A stretch of DNA of 42,053 bases from Nemertoderma westbladi. Its lineage: Eukaryota; Animalia; Xenacoelomorpha. Location: assembly GCA_032718475.1 (NCBI GenBank), contig JAUCBJ010001433.1:1-42053 (forward strand), given 5' to 3'. The first letter of the stretch is position 1. Each line of letters starts with the position of its first letter. This document shows, in pieces, positions 1-10,925 of the stretch. Made by a program: the position numbers and the translations under genes. The notes beneath the pieces were generated by a model. It saw only the letters and a list, made by a program, of their open reading frames with translations, did not search any database and had not been told where the DNA came from.

Positions 1-101
1 TATTTTTATTTTATTTTATTTGTGTGGGAAGGGCGTCTCGCCCTCAATCCCACCCCCCTCAGTCCAAAACTTGGACGACTAAACTCCACTCTAACTCCGC
101 T

Positions 102-3100
102 CTAAGGTGCTCCTTCTAAGAGACAGCATTTACCTACCGCTCTCCTGTAGGTTTTTCTGTCCTTCGCACCTATCTTTCCACCTATCCGCACTTCTACCGA
201 TCGGACTCTTCCGTCCTCGTCGGAGTAGGTGCCTACAACTCTCGCCAACCGCCATTGGTTGTTGATGATAGTATCATCCGTGACGATTACGAGATCTCCC
301 TCTCTTAACTCCCTGTTTGGCTTCCTCCACTTGCTTCGCTTATGGAGCGTGGGTAGGTATTCTTCTACCCACCTCCTCCAATACTCTGCGCTTATTGCTT
401 TAGCGACTTTCCAACTCTGGCGGGAATGTATGTCATCTGGGTCTACACCCCGCATATCGATGGTCGCTGGCCTTTCCATTAGAAAAAGGCTAGGCGTCAA
501 CACGTCTAATGACTCAGGGTCATCATTCTCCGGATATAGCGGTCTGCTATTAATGATCCCCTCGCACTTCGCAAGTACTGTTCGTAAAACGTCCTCATTG
601 ACCATGTGGGTGTTCATTAACTTCGTCATTAGACGCTTTGAACTGCCCACCAATCTCTCGACGCATCCTAGTGTATGTGGTGCATACGGCGTCCTTCTCT
701 CCCACTTTACTTGTCGTCTTCTCATGGCCGCCCTGACTTCTTCTCCTTCTAAGATGTCCAAGGCCTCTGCCATCTCACTCTCTGCGCCCACAAAGTTGGT
801 GCCGTTGTCGCTATATATCACTGCGATCGTCCCACCTTTGCGGTCCCTAAACCTTTCTAAGGCGTTAATGAACGCTGATGCGGTTGCATCTTGGGCGAGT
901 TCTATCCCCACCGCCCGCGTATTGTTGCATACGAAGATAATGCCGTAACGTTTCTCCGTGTGTCGCATCACTTTGATCTTTATCGGCCCGAACATGTCCA
1001 CACCGCAATGCGTAAATGGCGGGTCGTGCTGTCTTACCCTACTCGCCGGTAGTGGCGCCATCTCCTGTACGGCTCTTTCCTTCTTCGCTCGTCGGCAGGT
1101 CTGGCACTGCCCCACTACCACTTTAACCTTCTTCCTTAGTTGTTTGACCCAATAGGTCCTCCTTATCTCTGTGAGGGTTCGGTTGGTGCCCCCATGCAGT
1201 ATCGATTTGTGGGAGTCCCATATGATCTGGTGGACTATAGGCGATCCTGTGGGAATGATGATGGGTTTCGGTGGCACGACTATACTGTTGTTATATCCCA
1301 CCCTAGAATTCATTACTAGGATCCCATCCTCGTTGAGTTGTGGCGACAGCGTAATCAACTCGCTGTCCCGTCGGAGGTGCTGTTGGTTGCCGACACGTTC
1401 CACCTCGTCGCCGTAGTTCTTGCGTTGTTCATAGCGGATCACTGCCTTGGCCGCTCCTTCCAGATCTATGGTTGTCCTGGTCTTCTTGTCCTTGCTGACT
1501 CCCGCAAGGAAATTCCCAAAGGCTCTCCAGTACGCCACTAGTTTCTTGGTCTTATACCAACTAGAACTGTAGCTGAGGAGTTTATCCGTCGGGTTATCGC
1601 ACAGTTCCCTTCCTGGTTGCACGTCCCTAATCTCCCTCACCATCTGGGAGTATATCTCTTCTCCCTCCGAATCTCCCTCTCCTTCTGATACTGGTTCCGA
1701 GCCCGGGTCCACCTTCTTCATCGGCGGCCATGCCTCTCTATCGCTCAGAAATTGTGGCCCATGTTGCCACAATACTTCCTTCTTCAGGAAAGTGTGGCGT
1801 TCCACGCCCCTCGACAGCAAGTCCGCTGGGTTCTCATCTGTTGGGCAGTAGTGCCACCTTTCCAGTTCTGTGCTCGCCCTTATTTCGTCCACTCTATTCG
1901 CGACGAATATCGGGTATCTCGTCTTTTCGTTGTGTAGCCAACCAAGCACTACCATGGAGTCCGTCCAGTAGTGTGTCTCCACTATGTTGGGAATTGTATC
2001 CACTAGGTAGGCTGTGGCTCTAACTCCCAGCCTCGCAGCTGTCAATTCTAACTTGGGAACAGATGCTGAATCTGGCGGCGTTGACTTAGCTTTGCTAAAG
2101 GCTAGTCTGGGCTTGTGAGGCCCCTCTCGTTGTACTAAATAGAGTGCCGCTCCGTATGCCTCTAACGACGCGTCGGAGAACATATGTAAGTCCAGATTCG
2201 TCATGTTCCCGTCCGGAAAATACACTCGCGGCATGTTGTATGTTCCCATCCTCTCCAAGTCTCCTGTCCATTTGCTCCACTGTTTCTTGATGTCCTCTGG
2301 TACCTCTACATCCCACTCATCCTTCAATTTATATACTCTCTTGAGTATCTGTTTCCCCGTGACTAGTAGTGGGGATGCTAGGCCTAGGGGATCGTATATC
2401 CTTGCTATATACGATACATAACCCCTCTTCGTATGGGTGTCTGCGCCCTCCTGGCTCAGCTGATACTTCAGTTCGTCTGTTTTCCTATCCCACACGATTC
2501 CCAATGCCTTCTGCTGGGATTCCGTTCTCTTAACCGCCATGTCCTGTCCTTTGGCTGTTGTAGGGTTGTCCATGGTCGATCCTGGTTTCTTGTCTTCTAT
2601 TTCCTTGATAAATTCTTCTGAACTGGATTGGAATTTGGTCAGGTTGAAGCCGGATCCTTTCAGGATGTCGCGAACCTCGCGCCCTGTTTCCAGTATCTCC
2701 TCAACCGTATTTCCAGACTCCATACCGTCGTCTACGTAGAAGCCGCGTCGGATCATATCGACGGCCCTACTGCTGTATCTATCTTCCTTCCCCTTTACCG
2801 TGTCTCTCACTGCCATAGTCGTCGTAAATGAGGACGACTTGGCCCCCATATTTTGTACTACCATCTTATACACTGGTATTACCGGCGGTTCTTCTTCGCC
2901 GTTATACCATAAGAAGCGTTGACTATCGCTATCTTCCTCTGTTACTCGGACTTGGTTGAACATGCCTTCTATGTCACACGTGAAGGCGTGTTTCCCATTC
3001 CGAAACCTAAGTAACACCTCTATGCCCGAATTGTAAATATTTGGGCCTTCCAACAGGTAATCGTTTAAGCATTTTCCGTCGGTCTTTGCCGATGCATCGA

Positions 3101-5297
3101 CTACCATCCTCAGTTTACCTTTCTTTGGGTCTAATGCTACGTGGAGTGGCAGGTAGTATGTCCTGCCCGTATTCGGCTCGTCGACCGGTAACTCCACGGC
3201 CCATCCTTTCTCGACGTACTTCTTAATGGTTTTGTGAATGTACTCGTTCTTCTCGGGGCTCTGTTTTAGTGTTTGTTTCAGCTTGCGGAGTCTCGTGAGT
3301 ACCATCCCTCTATTATCGGGTAGCGGTATCTTCGGTAGTTTCCATACCATTCCTATTGTATACCGCCCCTCATCACACGTCATCGATTCCTCCACGCTTT
3401 GTAGAGCCTGCTTGTCTTCTACCGAGGTCCCGACCCCTGTCTCTTTCAGTCCCTCGAAGTCTTGTCTGAGCAGTCTTTTAAGCTGCTCCTCTGCTCCCTC
3501 GTCACCCATTTCCTGCATTGTTCCCGCGAACATGCATCCTGATGTCTCCGACATCCTGAATGGTATCTTGCTCTTAATTGGACCACTCAGCGTCCACCCG
3601 AATGGCGTTAGTATAGCCACCGGGTCGCTCTGCTTGTCTTCGCCGAAGACCGTTTGCATTCTTTCGTGGGCCATTCCTACTATGATGGATACCTTCCTAA
3701 CGTCCACGTCTGGGATCGAGAAGTCAATGCTGTCCAGGAATTTGTATTGCTCGACCTCGATGTTGGTTGGCCGCCTGGCATTGATGTTAATTGACTCTAT
3801 TACTTGGATGGGGTCGATGGTTGCCCCATAATCGCATCCTGGTGCCACTGCTGCAATTGCGCACCGTCCTGTCCTCATCTCTAGGATCTCGTCCTTGCTA
3901 GAGATGGTTGTCACCGCCATCCTGCTTGGCCTCGTTCTCAACCCTATTTCTTCGGCTACCCATTCCTCAACTAATGTGAAGGCAGCTCCACTATCAACCA
4001 GCATTAGTGTTGTTACTGATCGATTGCCTTCCCCGATCACTCGTACTGGTACTACTCCAAGTAGCACTGTTCCTCTCTTCTTCGCCCCTACTGTGCTCGT
4101 TGCCATCGTCTGGCCTCTCCTTTGGCCAAACTTGACCGGCTTCTCTTGGCATTCCCCGGCCTTGTGTCCACTCTTTACACATCGCGAGCAGATTTTATTG
4201 CTCGACGCGTAATCTATCTGGTCTTGCCTCGGTAGCGCCTGCCAGTACCTGCAGTTCATGGTTTTATGAAGCGCATTTGCGTGTAACTGGCATTTGCTCT
4301 TTGGGTCGTAGCCCTCTTTATACAATGCGTTGCGTATCGCAGTTATATTTGTACCAAAGTCCCTACTATTCTTATTGACTGGATTTGGCCTACTGGACGT
4401 ACTGGGGTTATGTTTATTCATGTTGTTATTGTTCCCCTGTCCGTCCCTTGATGTTGTCTTATCTTCGCTTGTCTGTGGACTTGCAGTCCCCTGCGTCGCT
4501 GCGTATGGCAATGATTGTCTGAGCCTCGGCAATGCGTTTGATGTATTGTGCTCTGGTTTGGGCCTGTAGTGATCTGTCTTTGGTCCCTTTCCCAGGCTAT
4601 CTTCACTATAGACTGGGTCCGTTATTAGTTCAGCCTCGTAATTTAAGAAGTTTGACATTTCTTCTAAACCCGGTTCCGCACCCTTCTTGTCTCGAGTGGA
4701 GAAAGCGATCTTCCTCCACTTGTTGCGCAGCCAGCTCGGTAGTGCCTGCGCTATCGTGGTGATGTTATTGGACGCGTTGAGCTCGTATGGCGTGTCTAGC
4801 GTCTTCAGCACGATCAGCGCCTTCTCGACTTTGTTAGCAAACGTCTTAATGCTAACGGGATTATCCTGTAGGCCACCCGATGTTATGCCTCTCAGCGTTT
4901 GCCTGATGATCTTGGCCGGGTGCCCGTATTCCCTATCCAGTGCCCGCCATGCTGTCGTGAAGCCGCCCTCTATTCCCTGATATTGCCTCACGATGTCGTA
5001 CGCTGGGCCTCCCGTGTACACTTGTAGATACTTTAGGCACTCCGCCTGCGTCAAGTTTTTTGTTAGTATTTCGTTACTATACATTCGCCGAAACTGTAAG
5101 TATTCTTCCGGCCTGCTCCCATCGAATTTGAACGGTTCCACGGGTGGTAATTCGATCCTCGTTTTCAACGCATCGATCAACGTGGCCATCCCCATTGCCT
5201 GCGCTTCTAATGGATTCGACGGGTGCTGTATAGTTTCCCCTGTCTGGTGCGGTTCGTCCGTCCTATTTCTTGATCTTCTCTGACTCGGATATGTCAT
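102..5297 (-). CDS. BEL/Pao gag-pol polyprotein (Gag core, Zn knuckle, aspartic protease, RT, RNase H, integrase)
   Basis: 1731-aa ORF: Gag core 'KFDGSRPEEYLQF', CCHC knuckle 'CSRCVKSGHKAGEC', protease 'LVDSGA', RT 'FYVDDG', RNase H 'FSDASLEAYGA', integrase HHCC 'HKSILH...CQTC' and 'GVDMFG...SDNGTNF...CVERL', C-terminal 'WRRWVEEYL'. The frame stays open upstream to the C10 run at 5419-5428. Confidence 0.96.
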   Translation of the reverse strand: MTYPSQRRSRNRTDEPHQTGETIQHPSNPLEAQAMGMATLIDALKTRIELPPVEPFKFDGSRPEEYLQFRRMYSNEILTKNLTQAECLKYLQVYTGGPAYDIVRQYQGIEGGFTTAWRALDREYGHPAKIIRQTLRGITSGGLQDNPVSIKTFANKVEKALIVLKTLDTPYELNASNNITTIAQALPSWLRNKWRKIAFSTRDKKGAEPGLEEMSNFLNYEAELITDPVYSEDSLGKGPKTDHYRPKPEHNTSNALPRLRQSLPYAATQGTASPQTSEDKTTSRDGQGNNNNMNKHNPSTSSRPNPVNKNSRDFGTNITAIRNALYKEGYDPKSKCQLHANALHKTMNCRYWQALPRQDQIDYASSNKICSRCVKSGHKAGECQEKPVKFGQRRGQTMATSTVGAKKRGTVLLGVVPVRVIGEGNRSVTTLMLVDSGAAFTLVEEWVAEEIGLRTRPSRMAVTTISSKDEILEMRTGRCAIAAVAPGCDYGATIDPIQVIESININARRPTNIEVEQYKFLDSIDFSIPDVDVRKVSIIVGMAHERMQTVFGEDKQSDPVAILTPFGWTLSGPIKSKIPFRMSETSGCMFAGTMQEMGDEGAEEQLKRLLRQDFEGLKETGVGTSVEDKQALQSVEESMTCDEGRYTIGMVWKLPKIPLPDNRGMVLTRLRKLKQTLKQSPEKNEYIHKTIKKYVEKGWAVELPVDEPNTGRTYYLPLHVALDPKKGKLRMVVDASAKTDGKCLNDYLLEGPNIYNSGIEVLLRFRNGKHAFTCDIEGMFNQVRVTEEDSDSQRFLWYNGEEEPPVIPVYKMVVQNMGAKSSSFTTTMAVRDTVKGKEDRYSSRAVDMIRRGFYVDDGMESGNTVEEILETGREVRDILKGSGFNLTKFQSSSEEFIKEIEDKKPGSTMDNPTTAKGQDMAVKRTESQQKALGIVWDRKTDELKYQLSQEGADTHTKRGYVSYIARIYDPLGLASPLLVTGKQILKRVYKLKDEWDVEVPEDIKKQWSKWTGDLERMGTYNMPRVYFPDGNMTNLDLHMFSDASLEAYGAALYLVQREGPHKPRLAFSKAKSTPPDSASVPKLELTAARLGVRATAYLVDTIPNIVETHYWTDSMVVLGWLHNEKTRYPIFVANRVDEIRASTELERWHYCPTDENPADLLSRGVERHTFLKKEVLWQHGPQFLSDREAWPPMKKVDPGSEPVSEGEGDSEGEEIYSQMVREIRDVQPGRELCDNPTDKLLSYSSSWYKTKKLVAYWRAFGNFLAGVSKDKKTRTTIDLEGAAKAVIRYEQRKNYGDEVERVGNQQHLRRDSELITLSPQLNEDGILVMNSRVGYNNSIVVPPKPIIIPTGSPIVHQIIWDSHKSILHGGTNRTLTEIRRTYWVKQLRKKVKVVVGQCQTCRRAKKERAVQEMAPLPASRVRQHDPPFTHCGVDMFGPIKIKVMRHTEKRYGIIFVCNNTRAVGIELAQDATASAFINALERFRDRKGGTIAVIYSDNGTNFVGAESEMAEALDILEGEEVRAAMRRRQVKWERRTPYAPHTLGCVERLVGSSKRLMTKLMNTHMVNEDVLRTVLAKCEGIINSRPLYPENDDPESLDVLTPSLFLMERPATIDMRGVDPDDIHSRQSWKVAKAISAEYWRRWVEEYLPTLHKRSKWRKPNRELREGDLVIVTDDTIINNQWRLARVVGTYSDEDGRVRSVEVRIGGKIGAKDRKTYRRAVGKCCLLEGAP

Positions 5298-8200
5298 CGG
5301 GGGTAGCGGCCCCCTCCATATGTCTGTATCACACGACCTGTTTTCATCTAGGGGTCTCGTTGTTCTTGTTCCTGTCGGGGTATATTGTTGATATTGTGAT
5401 GGGGGAATGTCACCCTGTCCCCCCCCCCACCGGTATGTCTGGTACTGGGGTTGATGTTAATATGTTGGGGCCCATACACCTATCCGCAATAATTCCCCTC
5501 TCCCCTGGGTATATGTTATATCCCTGCATGCTGTAGTCATACTGCTGTGCTGGTACCGGTATAGGTCTATCAGCTTCTGGCCTACCCGCCGGTATGTATT
5601 CCGCGACTTCCGGGTTTAATTCCGTCGTTCGCGCTATCCTATCGCCTATATAGCCTCTCTCAGTATGGCCTATGGTATGTGCAGTAAGGCCTACAGTATG
5701 TCCTACAGTCTGCATGCGTCTCTCGGGATCGAAGTTTATTCTTCTCGAATGATCCTCCCCGCGGCTACCGTACTCTCGATCGATAGGTCTATTCCGTCGG
5801 AAAGTTTCTCTTCGATCCCCCTCTCTTCTGTCCTCATCTTCGTACCGGTACATCGTGTACCCCTCTCTCGGCGCGTAATGCATCTCACCGGGTCGCATCT
5901 CTCCGGGGCGACGGCAATCTCCCGGAGTCCGACCCCACTGACTCTCCGTTCCCATCTCGACTACCGACGGCTCGCTGTCCGTCCTCGCTCTTCTATCGTT
6001 TGCGGCGATACTTCTACTACTGTCTTCCCTTCTTCTCCTATCAGTGGGATATTCCCGCTCGCGAGATCTCTCGTCGACCTCCCGGTTAAACCCCACTGTT
6101 CTTCTTCCCTCCTCTGATTGGGCTCGACGCTCCGTCTGCCCTCTCGCGACGTCAACCTGTCTCTCTCTGCTCGGTCGCACGCCGCTGGGGATACTCGCGA
6201 TCCCCCTATTACTTTCCGTCGCCGGTTGTTGCGGTTTACCTATTTTGGCCCTCGCATTATCCGCTGACGGCTGTGGGACACTCCTTGCCCCCCCCCCCTC
6301 TCGCCGCTAACTTTCTGTTGTGGGGTGCTCGTAGCCCCCCCCCCACTCGCTACATCTAACTTCGCTACCTCTCCCCCCGCTATTATATACCTCTCTATAT
6401 TATATACCTCTGCTCCTTGTCTACTAACTACGTGGCCTACCAGGCCCTCTGCTCCCTGGTTATGTAGGCCCGACGTGTTTACATTAATAACACCCATGTT
6501 GGAAACGGAATTATTTTGTTCGTTTGGGACAAGGTTATTTATATTATTCTGCACGATATCTGAATTATTTTGTAAATTCGGGCATAGGTCATTATTTAAA
6601 TTATTCGAATTATTTTGCGTAATTGCGTTATCTAGATTATTTTGTAGATTCGAATCTGGGTTATTATTTTGATTATTTGAATTATTTTGCGTAGCTACAT
6701 TAATATTAGAATTATTTCCTACATTAATATTGGGATTATCCTGATTTAAATTTAAATTACTACCACTAGGCAAAGCATTTCCTGTAATAAAGGTTTGATT
6801 AGTGTTGTCCCATACGGTATTATCAATATTAACAACGTCTACTGTACCATTATTATTATTACCCCCCCCCCGCCCGTACGGTCGCACCAGTTTTGGGTCT
6901 GTCGCACGGTCCCTGTCAGTGGGGTGTTAATAAATGTATCTATGACCCCCGGGTCCTCAAAAATACTCGAGCGGGCCCCGCTTTCAGACGGTGTTGCTTG
7001 CACGACTTGCAACTCGTGCGCCCGTCTAATCTCACTTCCTGCAAACTCGCTCTGCAGTCCCTCTATTTTCTTGTTCTCTCTTTCAGCCTCTGTCATTCTC
7101 TTCTCACACTCCTGGATGTCCCGACTGGCCGACTCTATTATGCTCCTAGCGCTCTCCCTTCGTCTCGCCTCGCGCTCCTTGCGTTCCTTTTCCTTTCTCG
7201 CTTCATACTCCTTGCGTTCCGTCTCACGCTCCTTGCGTTCCCTTTCCTCCCTTGCCTCACGTTCCTCGCGTTTCCTTTCCTCTCTCGCCTCACGCTCCTT
7301 GCGTTCCGCCTCACGCTCCTTGCGTTCCCTTTCCTCTCTCGCCTCACGCTCCCTACACTCCCTTTCCTCTATATCATCACACTCCCTTAGGCTTTTCAAA
7401 GCCCTTTCGGCCTTCTCATTTGTTTCTCTAATCAATGCCGCTTCCCTCGCTAACCGCTCTCTCCCCTCCTCTAGCCGTTTCCCCATTTCCCTGTGACCTT
7501 GCTCTGCCATGCTGAGACGGTATGCGGCACCTATTTTCCTCACCGCTCTTTCTTTCGCGGAAGATGTAACAGACTTATCGGTTACGACGGAGTTCCCCCG
7601 CCTTCCTGACCTACTAACTTTCTCCCACTTCCCGGAGCTTTCTCCGACCGACGAGGCCGAATCCTCGGTGTTAACCTCGGATTCGCCCCCTTCGAGTCCC
7701 CTCCAACCCACCGGTTTTACTCCCCGGGCATCGATTAAGTATGGCCCTATGTACACTGACGCTATGCTAGGTCCCATACTCCCACACTCCCATAGTTCAA
7801 ACAGTTCGCCTGCAATTCCCTTTGCTCTCTCCCCGGCTAGTTCTCTCTGCCCAAAACGTATCAGGTAATTTAAGTGTCTATCCGACTCACCTAGTCGCTT
7901 TCTCAGTCTCACCTCGTCTACCTTCGCCCCTTCCTTCTTGGCGTCGTTTATCAGCTTCCGGGTCGCGTTGTAGGCCCGTCGAAGTCGCTCAGAAACCCCG
8001 ACGTCCTCGTCGCCGACCTCTCCTCCGTCCCTCCGGGTTCGACGTCGTACCGGCGGCTCCACCGTCGCCGTTCCGGTGGGCCGTCCGTCGCCCTCGGCCT
8101 GTAGCTGGCCGGCGACATCGGTACCAATCTCTCCTCCGTCTCTTCGCGTCCGGCGTCGCACCGTCGGCCCCACCGGTTCGGTGGGCCGCTCGTCGCCCTC

Positions 8201-8449
8201 GGCCGGTAGCTGGCCGGCGACATCGGCGCGCCGTCCTCCGTCCCGTGTCGACTCATCTCCTTCTCCTTCCGTCTCGCTCTCTTTCTCTCTTGGCTCGACT
8301 TCGGGTTCCAGGCCCTCCTCGTCCTGTGCTTCCGGTTCGCCCGTTATCGATGGCTCCGGCGTCGTGGGCCTGTATCGTTTGGTCGCGGCCTCGCGGATCG
8401 TTAGGTCTTCGTCCGGGGTCCGCGGTGGTGTCTCGCCCGACTCACTCAT
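5298..8449 (-). CDS. Probable N-terminal extension of the same Gag, split into three ORFs at poly-G runs
   Basis: ORFs 6839-8449, 6240-6887 and 5410-6180 change frame exactly at homopolymer runs (plus-strand C10 6862-6871, C11 6288-6298, C10 5419-5428). Each downstream frame is open back to its run. The product is low complexity: acidic repeat, E/R/K coiled coil, Asn-rich tract, R/E/D-rich tract. Confidence 0.75.
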
Positions 8450-8594
8450 CTCGTCTGGTGGCTGATGGTTCGGCTAGCTAGGGTGGAGTTCTTTGTGTTT
8501 AACTGGGGCGGCAGCTCGTCTTTAGTTACTGTGACGGGATCCAGGAGGGATCCCGATTTATCCGATGTGGTATTTAGTCCACGCGTCCCCGCCG

Positions 8595-9067
8595 TGTATA
8601 AGAGTGAAATAAAGATAACTGAGTTCTGAAGTTCGGTGTATAATAATAGGTTATAGGATATAGATATATTGTGAATTATACGGTAGGCGGGATACGGTAA
8701 CTAAAGTCCCGTGATCCCCTAACTAAACTAATTGACTGTACCCTACGCTAGCACTGCTGCACTGAGATAACTGAATCACTGATTAATAGGTTATTGGTTA
8801 TATTGCACGGTGGCCTTACTGCTACTCAATCGATGCCATTCCCCCCCCTGATTGGTTAGTACCCTTGTTGGCGCCCCGTGGAGTATTCCCGTTCACTCCA
8901 CCTGTTCTCCCTGGGTTAGGGGTTTGGCCCCTGACCCTCTATTGTGTGCTTCCTTCCCACTCTTATTGGGATGGCACGAGTTGGTTAATTGCCCAATCTC
9001 GTGGCTCCCAATATTGCTTATCGGCTTATAACTTTATGGGGTGTTGGCGGGATTGAATAAGCTAACA
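8595..9067 (-). repeat. Putative 5' LTR of the BEL/Pao element
   Basis: Starts TG(TTAG) at 9067. Candidate ...TATACA ends are at 8637 or 8595. The inner boundary is uncertain without the second LTR. Candidate 5-bp target site ACCAA at 9068-9072. Confidence 0.6.
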
Positions 9068-10925
9068 ACCAATGAGACACCTCCAATGTTATATAGTGTC
9101 TCGTTGGAGATGTGTGTATTGTACTTGACACAATGAACCCGGCGTAGCATTCTTGTGAATGTGCCATCCAGAGATTGGGTGTCCTCAGCAGTTAGAGCCC
9201 AGCATGGACTCCCGTAGTGGAGTACTGGAACTACTGCTGCTCTAAATAATCGGACCTTAAGTTTCCGATTAATTCTCGGTGACTTCCAATCCTGGAAAGC
9301 CTATTCAAGGCTGCCCATGCCTTTCCCTTACGTATTCGAAGGCTGACTTCCGGATCCATGATCCCAGGTAACAGAAGTCGTCCACATGCTCAAGCATACC
9401 ATCCTTTGAGCTTATGCTCATCCGATCAGAGACTTGCTGAGGACTTTCAAAGTTAACTGTCAAAATTTTGGTCTTTCTGGAGTTAATAAAAAGACCAACA
9501 CTAGAAGCAGCATGTTCTAATGAGCTGAGGAGCCGTTGGGCTCCCTCTAATGATTCTGAGAGTACTCCTAAGTCATCAGCAAAGTCTAGATCAGTTAGGT
9601 ACTTGGCAGGATTTCCTCGACTTCTGGAGCCAGTAGGTGGAGTTATCATCACCCCATCATCATTATGATGATCTAAGGACATGCGTAGAACATAGTCAAC
9701 CACAATAATGAACAAGAATGGTGCAAGTGTGTCTCCTTGGAGGACGCCCCATAACACTTCAAATGGTTCTGTGTCATCGTCAACAGTAGACACAAATGTT
9801 GTCGAACCATCGTATACTGATCTGATTGCTGCAATAATTTCATCAGGAATCCCATATAATGAAAGTATGCTGAACATACGTGAGCGAGAGACTGAATCAA
9901 AGGCCTTGAAGAAGTCAACAAAGATAACAGCCATATGCCTGTCTTTCTTTTTTGATAATTCTTCAATTATCCTTCTAAGTGCCAAAATGGGCTCCATGGT
10001 CCCACGACCTTTACGGAACCCATTCTGATTTCCACGGAGCAGTCTCTCAATGGGATCCCTGATGCGATTTAATAGAATCCTATTGTATAGCTTTGCAGCA
10101 ATCGAGATCAATGAGATTCCCCGAAAAGAACCATAGAGTGTTAGGTTGCCCTTCTTGGGAACTGGCACCAACTTATTTGTTTTCATTTCTTGTGGGACTC
10201 TTGTTGTTCGGTACATGTCTACTATGATGGGATAGATGAGCTTTAAACACTCAGGTATTTTAAAGACCTCAGGGGGAACACCATCTACTCCACTGGCACG
10301 ATTGGTCTTAATGTTCCTTGCAGCAGCCTTCACTTCTGCAAAGGAGATATCGCCAATGGGAATATCTGGGAGTACAGACTCAGACACTTTCACTTCTATA
10401 AAGTTATCAGGCAAGACCCTGTCATTATTGAGGAGCTTTTCAAAGTGGGCCTTCCAACCATTGAGGCGATCGGCTGGTGATTCAGCCTTAACCTTGGTGG
10501 TTGGTTGGCTTTTCCGCCCAGTAACCAAGTTGGTCGATTTCCATGCCTGGGATGATTGCCTGCTGTCGCAAGCATCATTGATGGCATCAACCTGTTGGTT
10601 TATTAGCTCCTGTAGATTAACAGAGTACTGCCTGTTCAGGGACCTAGATGCAGCCTTAACTGCATTCTTGGCCGCTGTAGTCTGTTTGAGTCGGGACTCT
10701 TTCTGCGCCTTGTAGAGGTCATTTCGGCACTTCTGAATTTTGTTGTCAGTCCAGGGCGCCCGTTTCCTGTTTCGAGGGTATACAGTAACTGTTTCTGCAG
10801 CTGCTAACTTAACCGCCTCAGTGAAGGCAGTATAGCCCTCACAGTGATCTGCCGCCTCAGAGGCAAGAACCTCATACCTGTTGCTCAGCTGTAGTGTGAA
10901 GCTGGATCTCACACTGTCAAACACT
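9068..10925 (-). mobile_element. RTE-clade non-LTR retrotransposon, copy 1 (5'-truncated, interrupted by the BEL element)
   Basis: RT ORF 9305-10924 with 'QNGFRKGR', 'FVDFFKAFDSV', 'GVLQGDTLAPFLF', 'DFADDL', 'FCYLGS'. Near-identical to the copy at 40462-41614 but has a ~7-bp deletion near 9342 that shifts the frame. No endonuclease domain present. Confidence 0.92.
9305..10924 (-). pseudogene. Truncated LINE reverse transcriptase ORF
   Basis: 539-aa ORF with LINE RT motifs, lacking the N-terminal endonuclease and frameshifted after 'WIRKS'. Confidence 0.88.

Larger units (their letters stand above)
1..9067 (-). mobile_element. BEL/Pao LTR retrotransposon (3' LTR outside the window), inserted into an RTE LINE
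   Basis: Gag-PR-RT-RNaseH-IN domain order with BEL/Pao-type motifs. On the minus strand the element starts TGTTAG at 9067, exactly where similarity to the RTE LINE stops (compare the LINE copy at ~41300-41315). Confidence 0.93.

Noticed and set aside
45-62. Polypurine tract and start of the 3' LTR
   Set aside because: Purine-rich on the minus strand but not followed by the LTR start TGTTAG; the real PPT is probably outside the window.
5410-8449. env-like or captured host genes upstream of gag-pol
   Set aside because: No signal peptide or transmembrane segment, 5' position, and frames that join at homopolymers into one Gag.
229-8481. Many plus-strand ORFs over the BEL element
   Set aside because: Antisense shadows of the minus-strand coding region, with no recognisable domains.
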